Shown one piece after another: positions 1 to 8,406 of a DNA stretch of 32,000 nt. Below the pieces are notes generated by a model, which ran no database searches, had not been told where the DNA came from, and saw nothing but the letters and a program-made list of their open reading frames with translations. A program made the translations under genes and the position numbers. Origin of the DNA: Pseudomonadales bacterium (lineage in GTDB: Bacteria; Pseudomonadota; Gammaproteobacteria; Pseudomonadales; Azotimanducaceae); NCBI GenBank assembly GCA_963665785.1, contig OY762456.1, positions 1,168,308 through 1,200,307 of the forward strand, read 5' to 3'. Positions within the stretch are counted from its first letter, which is position 1, and each line of letters begins with the position of its first letter.

Positions 1-56
1 AACAAGGGTCGAAACCTGATTGTTGGCGTTCGATACAACTTCTGAGAGAGTAGTTA

Positions 57-830
57 TCAACCCATCACGTGGTATCCACCGTCCACGAAGTGAATGCCAC
101 CGGTCATTCCTCTGGAATTGGGTCCGACCAGAAACGCCAAGAGTTCGCCGACTTCAAGGGGAGTACTCAATCGTCCCAGAGGGGCTCTTTCTCTTGTGGT
201 CTTGAGCAGGTTATCAAAATTCTGAATGCCTGCTGCCGCCCTCGTCAGGATTGCACCTGCGGATATGGCGTGAACCCGGATATCATGCGGCCCCAATTCA
301 TCCGCCAGATAGCGCACACAGGATTCCAGAGCGGCTTTCATGGGACCCATGAAGTGATAATTACCCATTACCCGCTGTGCGCCAAGGTAGGTCATGGTAA
401 CCAAAGAACCGTTTGTTTTTTTCAGTAACGGTTCACTGAGTTTTGCCACCACCAGAAAGGAGTGGCAGGACACCTGCATGGCAAAGTTGAAATCCTGGAG
501 TGGTATATCGATGAGCCTGCTGGTCGTCATGGCTTTGGTGGCAGATGCCATGGCATGCATCACAAAGTCGACCTGTCCCCAGGTCCGGGTAATCGTTTCA
601 AACACCATTTCCACTTCACCTTCTCTGGTGATATCGAAAGGCATTACCAACTCATCCTGAACGCCGAGATCTTTGGCCAGGGGTTTGACGAATGGCAACG
701 CCTTGTCATTGAGATAGGTCACAGCGAGTTCGGCTCCCTGATCCCGGCACACCTGGGCACAGCCGTAAGCAATGCTCTTGTCGTTGGCGATACCGATGAT
801 CAGCCCTTTCTTCCCGGATAGTGGTTTCAC
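57..830 (-). CDS. fabI: Enoyl-[acyl-carrier-protein] reductase (NADH), FabI type
   Basis: 257-aa ORF. N-terminal dinucleotide-binding signature GKKGLIIGIANDKSIAYG and a Tyr-x6-Lys pair (YHFMGPMK), both typical of FabI-class SDR enzymes. Confidence 0.9.
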   Translation of the reverse strand: MKPLSGKKGLIIGIANDKSIAYGCAQVCRDQGAELAVTYLNDKALPFVKPLAKDLGVQDELVMPFDITREGEVEMVFETITRTWGQVDFVMHAMASATKAMTTSRLIDIPLQDFNFAMQVSCHSFLVVAKLSEPLLKKTNGSLVTMTYLGAQRVMGNYHFMGPMKAALESCVRYLADELGPHDIRVHAISAGAILTRAAAGIQNFDNLLKTTRERAPLGRLSTPLEVGELLAFLVGPNSRGMTGGIHFVDGGYHVMG

Positions 831-983
831 AGTTTCTTCATGACCAAATCAGTTATCGAGTATTCGAGCGGAGAGTGTCTGGGATACCCGATATATCACA
901 AACAAGCCTTGTAGTACAACACACAGGGAGTCTTGACGGCCACGCGAACAACATCTGTATAGCAAAGAAATCAGGCTGGAGGA

Positions 984-1907
984 CTAATCTGATTTTTTGA
1001 CGAGATTGTCCATTCCCAGGTTATCCACCCAGCCAGTAAACTGCGCGATATTGGACGGCAATATGATCCTGGAATTTTCCAGGGAGTTGAGAGTGTCGAT
1101 ATAGCGCTCACTGATCTGCATTCTGAGCGCTTCGCTGCCCCCATTCATGGTAATCACGGCTGCGATCTTTTCGATAGACTCGGCGGTAGCCGCGGCAATC
1201 GACAGGATTTCTTCAGATCGTCCTTCCGCTTCGTTGATCCGCCGCTGCTTTTCACCTTCAGATATATTGATCATCTCGGTTTTTAATCCTTCGGAACGAT
1301 TGATCCTGCTTTGCTTGTCACCCTCGCTGGTAGCCATTATCGCCCGGCGTTCCCGCTCCGCCCGCACCTGTTTCTCCATTGCGTTGCGCACTGTTCCTGG
1401 CGGTGTGAGGTTTTTGATTTCATAGCGATGCACCCGGATTCCCCAGCTAGCTCCAGCTTCATCAAGAACTTCAACCACTTTGGCGCTGATAACATCACGC
1501 TCCTCAAAGGTTCGATCAAGATCCAGCGTACCGATGACCGAACGCGTTGTGGTTTTGGCTAACTGTACTGCCGCGAATCGATAATCTGTAATGCCGTAAC
1601 TCGCCTTCACAGGGTCGATAACAGACATGTAAATGACTCCATCGACTGAAACCTGAACCTCGTCTCTTGTGAAACATTCCTGTGGTGGAACATCAATGGC
1701 TTCCTCACGCAGGTCCTGGACAAAGGTGACCTTGTCCATGAATGGAATCAGTGCATGAAACCCGGCGTCCAGCGTTTTGTTATAACGCCCCAAACGCTCG
1801 ACAATATGGGAGGTCTGGGTCGACACCAGCCGTATGGACTGGAAAAATTTGAAAATCAGGAGCAGGAAAAAGATACCCCAGATTACCATAACGATAATAT
1901 CCATCAT
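984..1907 (-). CDS. SPFH/band-7 (stomatin/paraslipin-like) membrane protein
   Basis: 307-aa ORF with an N-terminal TM helix (IIVMVIWGIFFLLLIF). SPFH core motifs IVERLGRY, GFHALIPF and QVSVDGVIY. C-terminal coiled-coil repeats (INISEGEKQRRINEAEG). An AGGAGG RBS lies inside the 3' end of the upstream SPFH gene. Confidence 0.85.
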   Translation of the reverse strand: MMDIIVMVIWGIFFLLLIFKFFQSIRLVSTQTSHIVERLGRYNKTLDAGFHALIPFMDKVTFVQDLREEAIDVPPQECFTRDEVQVSVDGVIYMSVIDPVKASYGITDYRFAAVQLAKTTTRSVIGTLDLDRTFEERDVISAKVVEVLDEAGASWGIRVHRYEIKNLTPPGTVRNAMEKQVRAERERRAIMATSEGDKQSRINRSEGLKTEMINISEGEKQRRINEAEGRSEEILSIAAATAESIEKIAAVITMNGGSEALRMQISERYIDTLNSLENSRIILPSNIAQFTGWVDNLGMDNLVKKSD

Positions 1908-1909
1908 TG

Positions 1910-2767
1910 TCAGGATCCTCCTTTCCCAGGTGTTTGAATTGTATGCGATACCTGGTCTATACCAGCAAAGAAGCTCTCCATTTGCGCCATTTCTTTTGGC
2001 ACGATGGCAACATCCGCATCTTTAAAGAGTTCTCCCAGACGGTCGACATATTGCTCGACAAGTTTCAGGTTCATTGCGCCCTGTCCACCCGGTTTACTGA
2101 TAGCATCGGCAATCAATTGACTGCCGGTTGCCGTTGCCGCTGCAAGAATTGAAATTTCCCGGGCACGGCCCTGTGCTTCGTTAATTCTCTTCTGGCGTTC
2201 GCCTTCGGACAGATTGATGGCCTCCTGTCGTTCACCTTCAGACAGATTGATGGTTGAGTCCTTTGCGGCATTAGCCAGTGTAATGTCCGCCCGCTTGGCA
2301 CGTTCGGCTTCCATTTGCTTTTCCAATGTCTCAATAACATTGAGGGAGGGTGTGATATTCATGACTTCGTAACGCAGTACTTTAATGCCCCAGGGTTCCG
2401 ATGCCTGGTCGATTTCGGTCACGATGGTTTCGTTCAGACGTTCCCGTTCGGAAAAGGTCTCACTGAGTCTCAATTTACCAACCTCGGAACGGACGGTTGT
2501 CTGCGCCAGATTCACCGCTGCCACCAGGTAGTCTTCGATACCGTAACTTGCTTTATAGGCATCCATGATCTTGATATAGAGCAAGCCATCGACGGCAACC
2601 TGAATGTTGTCGCGGCTTATACAGCTTTGATCCGGGATGTTCAGGCACTGCTCACGTGTTTCGTGTTTGTAGGCAACACGGTCGAAGAAAGGGATGAGAA
2701 AGTGAAGCCCGGGATCCAGGACCGCACGGAATTTTCCTAGACGTTCGATGACGGCCTGGGAGCGCAT
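1910..2767 (-). CDS. SPFH/band-7 domain protein, second paralog; N-terminal TM segment appears to lie in another frame (possible frameshift)
   Basis: 285-aa ORF with VIERLGKF, GLHFLIPF, QVAVDGLLY and repeated INLSEGERQ. The ATG at 2767 has no RBS. A GTG at 2838 preceded by AGGAGG encodes a TM helix (VLSYLTFFLIVVGIILYKLILIIP) in a different frame; see finding. Confidence 0.8.
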   Translation of the reverse strand: MRSQAVIERLGKFRAVLDPGLHFLIPFFDRVAYKHETREQCLNIPDQSCISRDNIQVAVDGLLYIKIMDAYKASYGIEDYLVAAVNLAQTTVRSEVGKLRLSETFSERERLNETIVTEIDQASEPWGIKVLRYEVMNITPSLNVIETLEKQMEAERAKRADITLANAAKDSTINLSEGERQEAINLSEGERQKRINEAQGRAREISILAAATATGSQLIADAISKPGGQGAMNLKLVEQYVDRLGELFKDADVAIVPKEMAQMESFFAGIDQVSHTIQTPGKGGS

Positions 2768-2851
2768 GGAATGATGAGAATCAATTTATACAGAATGATT
2801 CCCACCACAATGAGGAAAAAAGTCAGGTAAGAGAGCACGGCTGTCCTCCTT

Positions 2852-3373
2852 TCAAGTATCACTCTCCGGTAAAGTCTTTTTTATGGAGTCGACAGGTTTA
2901 ACGAGCAGAGTGATATTCTCTCGCGAAACAATTCTGGCAGTGCTGCCGATGGCAATCTCCTGTCCATCACCCAGTGCTTTCCATTGGGTGCCTTTGAATT
3001 TTACCATTCCTGCCTTGTCGGCAGGACCGATGGTTTTGATGACTTCGACAAATTCGTCCAGATCGTCCAGAAGCTCCTCCGTGTTGGCAACGGTGGAATC
3101 TCCTTCTATGAAGCGGCTGATAAACGATCTCAGAATGATCACCAGACCCAGGGATGAAATAAAGAACAGGGTCAGGGCGCCGCTCCATGTGGATACCAGA
3201 CCAATATAGATCGCGCCCGCAACAATGACGCAGGCAGCGCCGAGAAAGACTACGATGCCACCGGGAATGATCAGTTCCAGTAACATGACCACTACGCCTA
3301 CGACCAACCAACCCAGGGGATTCAGTAATATGTCCATACGGATGATTGGATATGTTTCGACATAATATGTCAA
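2852..3373 (-). CDS. NfeD-family membrane protein (partner of SPFH proteins)
   Basis: 173-aa ORF with several N-terminal TM helices and a C-terminal OB-like soluble domain (GMVKFKGTQWKALGDGQEIAIGSTARIV). It sits immediately upstream of two SPFH genes, the classic NfeD-SPFH operon. An alternative start is the Met at 3337. Confidence 0.8.
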   Translation of the reverse strand: MTYYVETYPIIRMDILLNPLGWLVVGVVVMLLELIIPGGIVVFLGAACVIVAGAIYIGLVSTWSGALTLFFISSLGLVIILRSFISRFIEGDSTVANTEELLDDLDEFVEVIKTIGPADKAGMVKFKGTQWKALGDGQEIAIGSTARIVSRENITLLVKPVDSIKKTLPESDT

Positions 3374-3465
3374 GCTTTATTCTAATGAATTCTATGGTGC
3401 TGGTATCTTCATGTTTCTGATTCCCGTGACCATCATGTCACTGGCAACGCAGGAGAGACGGCGGA

Positions 3466-4200
3466 TCAGTATTCTTCTACAGTATTTTCGAATACAAAGC
3501 CGTCCTCGGCCATCACCAGCCGGTGTCGGTCTCCTGCCGCTTCAGGATTGGTTTCTTTATATCCGGCATCCCCAGTCCACATCGCTACTCGTGTTCCATC
3601 ACTTCGCATACCGATCCTGGTCCTGTAGACCTTGTGCGGATTGGACCTGAACCGGGAAATAATGTCCGCCACCGAGTCGTACAGAGTCAATTGATGCAGG
3701 GTGACCCAGGTGGGTGGCACAAGATCAATTTCACCCCTGGCGTGTCTGTCCAGTGCAGCCGAAGGTTGTATCCACTCATGGTCCTGGATTTCGTGGCCAT
3801 CCACGTTAACCGGTTCAAAGGACTTAACCGATGTGGCAAAGAACCATGTGGCGTATCTTACGGGTGATGTGGATGGCGGGGTCCAATGGGAAAACTGGAT
3901 CAGATCGTCCGTGTGAACCTGCAGATTGGCTTCCTCCATGGTTTCCCTTGCTGCTGCTCTCCTGGCCGTCTGATTGATATCACCATCTTCGGCATGATCC
4001 TCCGGGTCTATCCTGCCGCCTGGGAAAACCCACATACCGCCAAAATGGACTTTGGATGTCCTGTGCAGCATCAGGACTTCCACTCCGCTATCCCCGTCTT
4101 TAAGGATGACCACCGTTGCCGCGGGAATCGCCGGTACGCCTTCCCCCTCTGGCTTCTGTTCGAGATTGCCATAGATGTCATTGCGATGTTTGTTGCTCAT
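3466..4200 (-). CDS. NUDIX-family hydrolase
   Basis: 244-aa ORF with a Nudix box, GGRIDPEDHAEDGDINQTARRAAARETMEEANL (G-x5-E-x7-REUxEExGU pattern). Confidence 0.85.
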   Translation of the reverse strand: MSNKHRNDIYGNLEQKPEGEGVPAIPAATVVILKDGDSGVEVLMLHRTSKVHFGGMWVFPGGRIDPEDHAEDGDINQTARRAAARETMEEANLQVHTDDLIQFSHWTPPSTSPVRYATWFFATSVKSFEPVNVDGHEIQDHEWIQPSAALDRHARGEIDLVPPTWVTLHQLTLYDSVADIISRFRSNPHKVYRTRIGMRSDGTRVAMWTGDAGYKETNPEAAGDRHRLVMAEDGFVFENTVEEY

Positions 4201-4357
4201 AAGTTATCCGTGTTACAGCGAAGCCTTTAGCCCATGTTGCCTTTTAATGGGTAATTGATCCAGTGCAACCTGTTCATGTGTATTGACCTTCCGTGTCTAT
4301 CGATCGTCCCGGGTTGGCCGTAGTTAAACTAAAAGTCACGCTGAACTCCCAAATGCA

Positions 4358-4421
4358 TCACGTGATGGGTTGGTGTCCGTGGATTGGTTACTTCATCAAC
4401 CCCAAACACGTCACGTGATGG
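4358..4421. promoter_or_regulatory. Two identical TCACGTGATGG motifs (CACGTG-core palindromes) 53 bp apart in a divergent intergenic region
   Basis: tcacgtgatgg occurs at 4358-4368 and 4411-4421, between the divergently transcribed NUDIX and VOC genes. The core TCACGTGA is a perfect palindrome. Confidence 0.4.
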
Positions 4422-4581
4422 ATCACAGCCCACCGGCTGGTACACCAGCACTACAATAAGAATCCTTTTGCCGGTGTCAGTCTACCGGTGCGCCACCTGC
4501 TATACTGAGTTTCGTGGCGCCGGTATCTGATTTCAGATTGCGAGTGATGCCACTATGATCCGCGCTGACAAGGAGTTCCAA

Positions 4582-5010
4582 ATGGATAACAATAATCTTT
4601 CATTCGACCATATACACATCATCAGCCCTGACCCCGATGCTGCAGCCAGATGGTATGAGGATATATTGGGCGCAAGGATTGCCTCGAACCATGAGGTACG
4701 TGGCGCAGCGCAGATTAACGTGCGCCTGGCCGGGATGTCATTGCTGATTAGAGGGCAACGGCCTGGTGAAACCCCTGGTTCGGTCAGCCCCATGCAGCAG
4801 TTTTCCGATTACGCCAGCCATAATAACTGGGGAACCGATCATTTTGGATACACATACAAAGGTGATCTATATGCCTGGTGCGAAAAACTCAAAACCCGGG
4901 GCGCCACATTCTCCGTAGAACCGTACGAATTCAATCCGGGTACCGTGATCTGTTATCTCGCCGCCCCGGATGGTGTCAGTATTGAAATCGTGCAGGCCAG
5001 GGACACATAG
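4582..5010 (+). CDS. VOC-family (glyoxalase/bleomycin-resistance/dioxygenase fold) protein
   Basis: The ORF track gives 4555..5010. The internal ATG at 4582 is preceded by AAGGAG with 6-nt spacing. The N-terminal LSFDHIHIISPDPDAAARWYEDILGA is the typical VOC beta-alpha-beta-beta-beta opening. Confidence 0.8.
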   Translation: MDNNNLSFDHIHIISPDPDAAARWYEDILGARIASNHEVRGAAQINVRLAGMSLLIRGQRPGETPGSVSPMQQFSDYASHNNWGTDHFGYTYKGDLYAWCEKLKTRGATFSVEPYEFNPGTVICYLAAPDGVSIEIVQARDT

Positions 5011-5047
5011 CACCCGGAATGATGTCGGCACTATCAAGTAACCAACT

Positions 5048-5758
5048 CTAAGCTTCTTTGACCAGTGATGATCTGGCAAAAAGAAGAAATAAAATGGCGG
5101 AAAAACCACCTGCCGTGAACAGCATGCACATCACCATAATCTGGTAGCGGGAAGCAATAAACGGATCTACACCGGACAGTATCTGGCCGGTCATCATTCC
5201 AGGCAGGGATACCAGACCGACAGCGAACAAGGTATTGATATTGGGGATGAGCGCGGCATTCAAGGCTATGCTCTTTGCCTGTTTATAGAGGACACCGCGT
5301 TCCAGTTCAGAGGTCAGACGCTCCAGGGCAAGACTGACGCAGTTCATGGAAGTGGCGAAGATCATACCGGCGAGTGGCACGACAGTATGGGGCGAATACC
5401 ATGAGGGCATATCCAGCACCAGTTGAGTCACCAGCAACAATGTGGCGCCGCCGGCAATGGTAATGGAGACGATAGAATGACCGATCAGACGTGTTCGCTG
5501 TTCCGGCACATTGCCAAGGGCAATCCAACTGGCGGCGCAAACCATGACAACCAATACTCCGAGAATGATGCCCGCATGATTCGCATCGAAAATAAATGCC
5601 AGCAGATACCCTATCAGCAGTAATTGAACCAGCATGCGCAACACACCATACAGGGCATGCAACGCATTCAGGGACCAGTAATAAAAAACAAGCAGCAATC
5701 CGGCGACAGGAATAAAAGTGATGGCCAGATTAATCAGAGGAATGGCGCTCAGGGACAT
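5048..5758 (-). CDS. UPF0014/FetB (YbbM)-type ABC-transporter-like permease
   Basis: Polytopic membrane ORF (LINLAITFIPVAGLLLVFYYW..., LLIGYLLAFIF...). The start is chosen at ATG 5756-5758, which is preceded by AAGGA. No cognate ATPase gene is adjacent. Confidence 0.7.
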   Translation of the reverse strand: MSLSAIPLINLAITFIPVAGLLLVFYYWSLNALHALYGVLRMLVQLLLIGYLLAFIFDANHAGIILGVLVVMVCAASWIALGNVPEQRTRLIGHSIVSITIAGGATLLLVTQLVLDMPSWYSPHTVVPLAGMIFATSMNCVSLALERLTSELERGVLYKQAKSIALNAALIPNINTLFAVGLVSLPGMMTGQILSGVDPFIASRYQIMVMCMLFTAGGFSAILFLLFARSSLVKEA

Positions 5759-6067
5759 GCTGCATCCTTTTGATGGACGTGACTGTTGAGCATAGCAACA
5801 AATCCACTCTGCTGAACAACAACTCATTATCACGACAATGCCTGCATTGGTCCATGGGAGATCGCCATGAAGGAGATGGAACGATAGTTTTCATCTCCTT
5901 CAAGAAAGTCCAGGTTGCAGGAATTGATTCCTGGGCAGAAGCGATTGACCGGGAATTTTACACAGTTGTCAGTTCCGTGGTTGACTCCCTTACATACCTT
6001 GGGTTTAATTGCCGCCTCACAAGAATGACCATTCAGCGCTTCAAGTAATTTGGGCTTAATCAAAAAT

Positions 6068-6143
6068 GGCCAGATAGCTCAGTCGGTAGAGCAGGGGACT
6101 GAAAATCCCCGTGTCGGTGGTTCGATTCCACCTCTGGCCACCA
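6068..6143 (+). tRNA. tRNA-Phe (anticodon GAA), CCA encoded
   Basis: A 76-nt cloverleaf read by hand. Acceptor stem GGCCAGA/TCTGGCC, D arm AGCTCAGTCGGTAGAGC, anticodon stem GGGGA/TCCCC with loop CTGAAAA, T arm GGTGG-TTCGATT-CCACC, discriminator A and 3' CCA. Confidence 0.95.
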
Positions 6144-6340
6144 AATTGCGGCTTTTGCCTTCGGCGAAAACGCAATGAAGCCCCGCAGAAAAGGGAGAAG
6201 CTTAGCCAAACGCGCTCAACTGGCCTCTTCCAGGGCCTGCTCGAACCGGCGAACAATCACGCATGGCACCTCGCCAGCGCTCGGGTTGATGCAACTTCTT
6301 ACCTACCAGGCGATTGTGGACTAGTGATGTGTTTTCAGTT

Positions 6341-7423
6341 TCACTCCGACCCCAGGCGCCAATGTCGATCGTGAAACTGCAGCAGTTCCACCCCGCGCGC
6401 CGCATAGAAGGCATTTGGATTGTGATCGACACCGGGAGCGACCAACCGTTCCACTGGAATGCCCAGCGCATACAGGAAGCCAAGATACTCGAGCGTCGCC
6501 TCGTAGTTGAATCCTTTGTTGCCGACCCAGATCATGATATTGAGCGGCGGTTGTGCAGGATGCTTCGCGTATTCCCGGGCGCGACTGAAGGCATCGTTGC
6601 CTTTGCCGAAGTCGAGCGCAGAGGCGCTTTCGAAACGTCTATCCTCTTCCACACCGTCGTTTTCGAAAACCTGCTTTTCGACGGCATAGCCCGGTCCACC
6701 CGGTGCCGCGGAAATAAACAGCTCCGGATACTCGAACATGATCCGAGTAGCGCCGCGGCCACCCTGGGAGAACCCCTGTAGGGCTCGCCCGCCACGTTTC
6801 GCAACGGTTCTATAAGTGCGGTCGATATGGGGAATCAGCTCCTTTACGAAGACACTCTCTCCGTTCGAATCGCCGTAGTCGTAGTGGCTGACCTCGCCCC
6901 CGTTCACCCAGACGACAATCATCGGTCGCACGGCGCCGGTCATGATGGCGTCATGGATGGGTTCTGCAAGTCCGATACCGCGCGTTTCGTTCCCGGGCCG
7001 ACCGCCGTGCAGGTAATAAACCACCGGGTATCGAACGTTGGGGTTCGCAGAATCGTCGTAACCGGGCGGCAGGTAAATATTGTAGCCCACCGGAATCTTC
7101 ATGGAAGCGCTCTTGAACGTGGCGTGGTGCAATCCCGGCTGGGCCTGGTCCAGCGACGGCGGGTTAACCCAGCTGAACGCCCTTCTGGCCCCCGCCTTTT
7201 CGGCCAATGCCTCCAGCTCGGAGCGATCGACGCGACCGTTACCGTCGGCATCAAGCAATGAAAACATCCCCGGCATCACTTCATCCTCGGTCAACACCCC
7301 ATCACCGTTACGATCGCCTTTTATGAAGTTCGCGACCTTGGGTGCTTCGCTGGCGAGTACGGTCAGCGAAAAAGTGGCGGCAAATACTGACGCTGCGAGA
7401 GTTGGGAGTCGGTATCGATTCAT
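6341..7423 (-). CDS. Secreted alpha/beta-hydrolase (putative esterase family) with an N-terminal EF-hand/dockerin-like Ca-binding pair
   Basis: 360-aa ORF with a signal peptide (MNRYRLPTLAASVFAATFSLTVLASEA). Two DxDxDG loops (DRNGDGVLTEDE, DADGNGRVDRSE), VVYYLHGG and the nucleophile elbow GFSQGG. Confidence 0.8.
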   Translation of the reverse strand: MNRYRLPTLAASVFAATFSLTVLASEAPKVANFIKGDRNGDGVLTEDEVMPGMFSLLDADGNGRVDRSELEALAEKAGARRAFSWVNPPSLDQAQPGLHHATFKSASMKIPVGYNIYLPPGYDDSANPNVRYPVVYYLHGGRPGNETRGIGLAEPIHDAIMTGAVRPMIVVWVNGGEVSHYDYGDSNGESVFVKELIPHIDRTYRTVAKRGGRALQGFSQGGRGATRIMFEYPELFISAAPGGPGYAVEKQVFENDGVEEDRRFESASALDFGKGNDAFSRAREYAKHPAQPPLNIMIWVGNKGFNYEATLEYLGFLYALGIPVERLVAPGVDHNPNAFYAARGVELLQFHDRHWRLGSE

Positions 7424-7668
7424 GGTCGTTTTACTCCGGTCTGTTTGTCATCCATGCGAATAACCGATTCGGCGTTAGCCAGGAGCATGCGCCATAGGAC
7501 GATTTTCGTCTGGACGAATGATCCGAGACCGTGGGAATTTCGTCTTGACGACGGTCGTGCCGGATATTGGAATGGGAAACCACCGTTCGGCGTCCCCGAG
7601 GGGCGTGATTCGGTCCCCGGTCGGCTCCATGGCGGTGCCGAATCGCCATCATCGGACCCCCATCACCG

Positions 7669-7797
7669 TCACGCGGTCGCCTCAAGCCCTTGCATCCGCT
7701 TGACGTTCAACGCCAGGCACACCAAGTCCCATTCGCCCTGGAACTTGTTCAGGCCCCGCACGCTGAAACGTCGGCATCTCAGCCTCCTTAACTATTC
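7669..7797 (-). pseudogene. C-terminal remnant of an IS1182/IS5-superfamily DDE transposase
   Basis: The minus-strand frame reads ...RRFSVRGLNKFQGEWDLVCLALNVKRMQGLEATA*. This matches the conserved extreme C-terminus (R-G-L-x-K-V-x-x-E-W-x-L-x-x-x-A-x-N-L) of these transposases. An in-frame stop lies just upstream and no DDE domain is present. Confidence 0.5.
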
Positions 7798-8217
7798 AGT
7801 GCCTGTATTATCCCATACGGGTTCCTACGGCGCACGCTCCTAGCTCAACGCTACCCTGCGTAGTCTATAACAAACTAAGAAACAGCTGGCAATTCGTTGC
7901 GCTTTCACTGTTTGACCGCAAAGGGTCCCTTTCTGACATCTGCATACGTTGATGGGGAGTCTCTTGCGTCCGGGTCCCGGGAATGCCAGGTAAAGTGGAT
8001 CCTTCATTGACGATTGAGCTTTCGGGCCTCCAAAGAGACAAACACCTTGAAAGGAATGAATTCCGTTCTACGACTCGTGCCTGGGTGCTGACATTGACGG
8101 CCGCCACGGCTCGGGCCCGCCTTCTTTGCGACGCAAAAATTTTGCGTCCACATCCTGGTACCACTTGTATTGGTCAGCAAATACACACACTACACACGAT
8201 TCATTGTATAGTACCAA

Positions 8218-8406
8218 TTGAAGAGCGAAGACGTGATCATGCTGCTCTGCAAAGATGGCTGTTAACTCCATCATGTGCGAGAGTTGCGCCAGCAGTTCAA
8301 ACACCCGGACAGGTCGGGCCGGGTCACGGCGCCACACCCAAAGAAAGATCTACCTGTTGGCACGATACGCTCCATCGAGAAACAGTCCGGCGTGAAAATG
8401 AGGTAG
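8218..8406 (+). pseudogene. hicA: hicA toxin pseudogene (in-frame TAA, catalytic GSH motif lost)
   Basis: The frame reads LKSEDVIMLLCKDGC*LHHVRELRQQFKHPDRSGRVTVAPHPKKDLPVGTIRSIEKQSGVKMR*. It is collinear with the HicA consensus (..DVIKLLEKDGW...GSHRQFKHP..GRVTVP.HP.KDL..GTLRSI.KQAG). A stop lies at 8263-8265, and ELR replaces GSH. The start would be TTG, with no RBS. Confidence 0.7.

Noticed and set aside
1150-2300. Repeated INxSEGExQ-coding units in both SPFH genes, considered as DNA tandem repeats
   Set aside because: These are short protein-level coiled-coil repeats typical of the C-terminal region of paraslipin/YqiK-type SPFH proteins. They are not an independent DNA repeat element.
5770-6063. 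Overlapping small ORFs on opposite strands just upstream of the tRNA: 92 aa on the plus strand and a Cys-rich 77 aa on the minus strand
   Set aside because: Neither has an RBS or a motif I recognise. They exclude each other and I cannot tell which, if either, is real. Left unannotated.
6144-6180. Imperfect hairpin (attgcg...cgcaat with an internal bulge) immediately after the tRNA, considered as a terminator
   Set aside because: The stem is interrupted and there is no following T-tract, so it does not meet the pattern of an intrinsic terminator.
6056-6256. 66-aa minus-strand ORF overlapping the tRNA-Phe gene
   Set aside because: It is antisense to a confidently folded tRNA, so it is an artefact of ORF calling.
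7431-8217. ORFs of 60-180 aa in the gap between the esterase gene and the hicA relic (7431..7685, 7445..7843, 7865..8164, 7983..8522, 8068..8337)
   Set aside because: They overlap one another in several frames. Their translations are Arg/Pro/Ser-rich with no motifs. The only interpretable signal is the transposase C-terminal remnant already listed.
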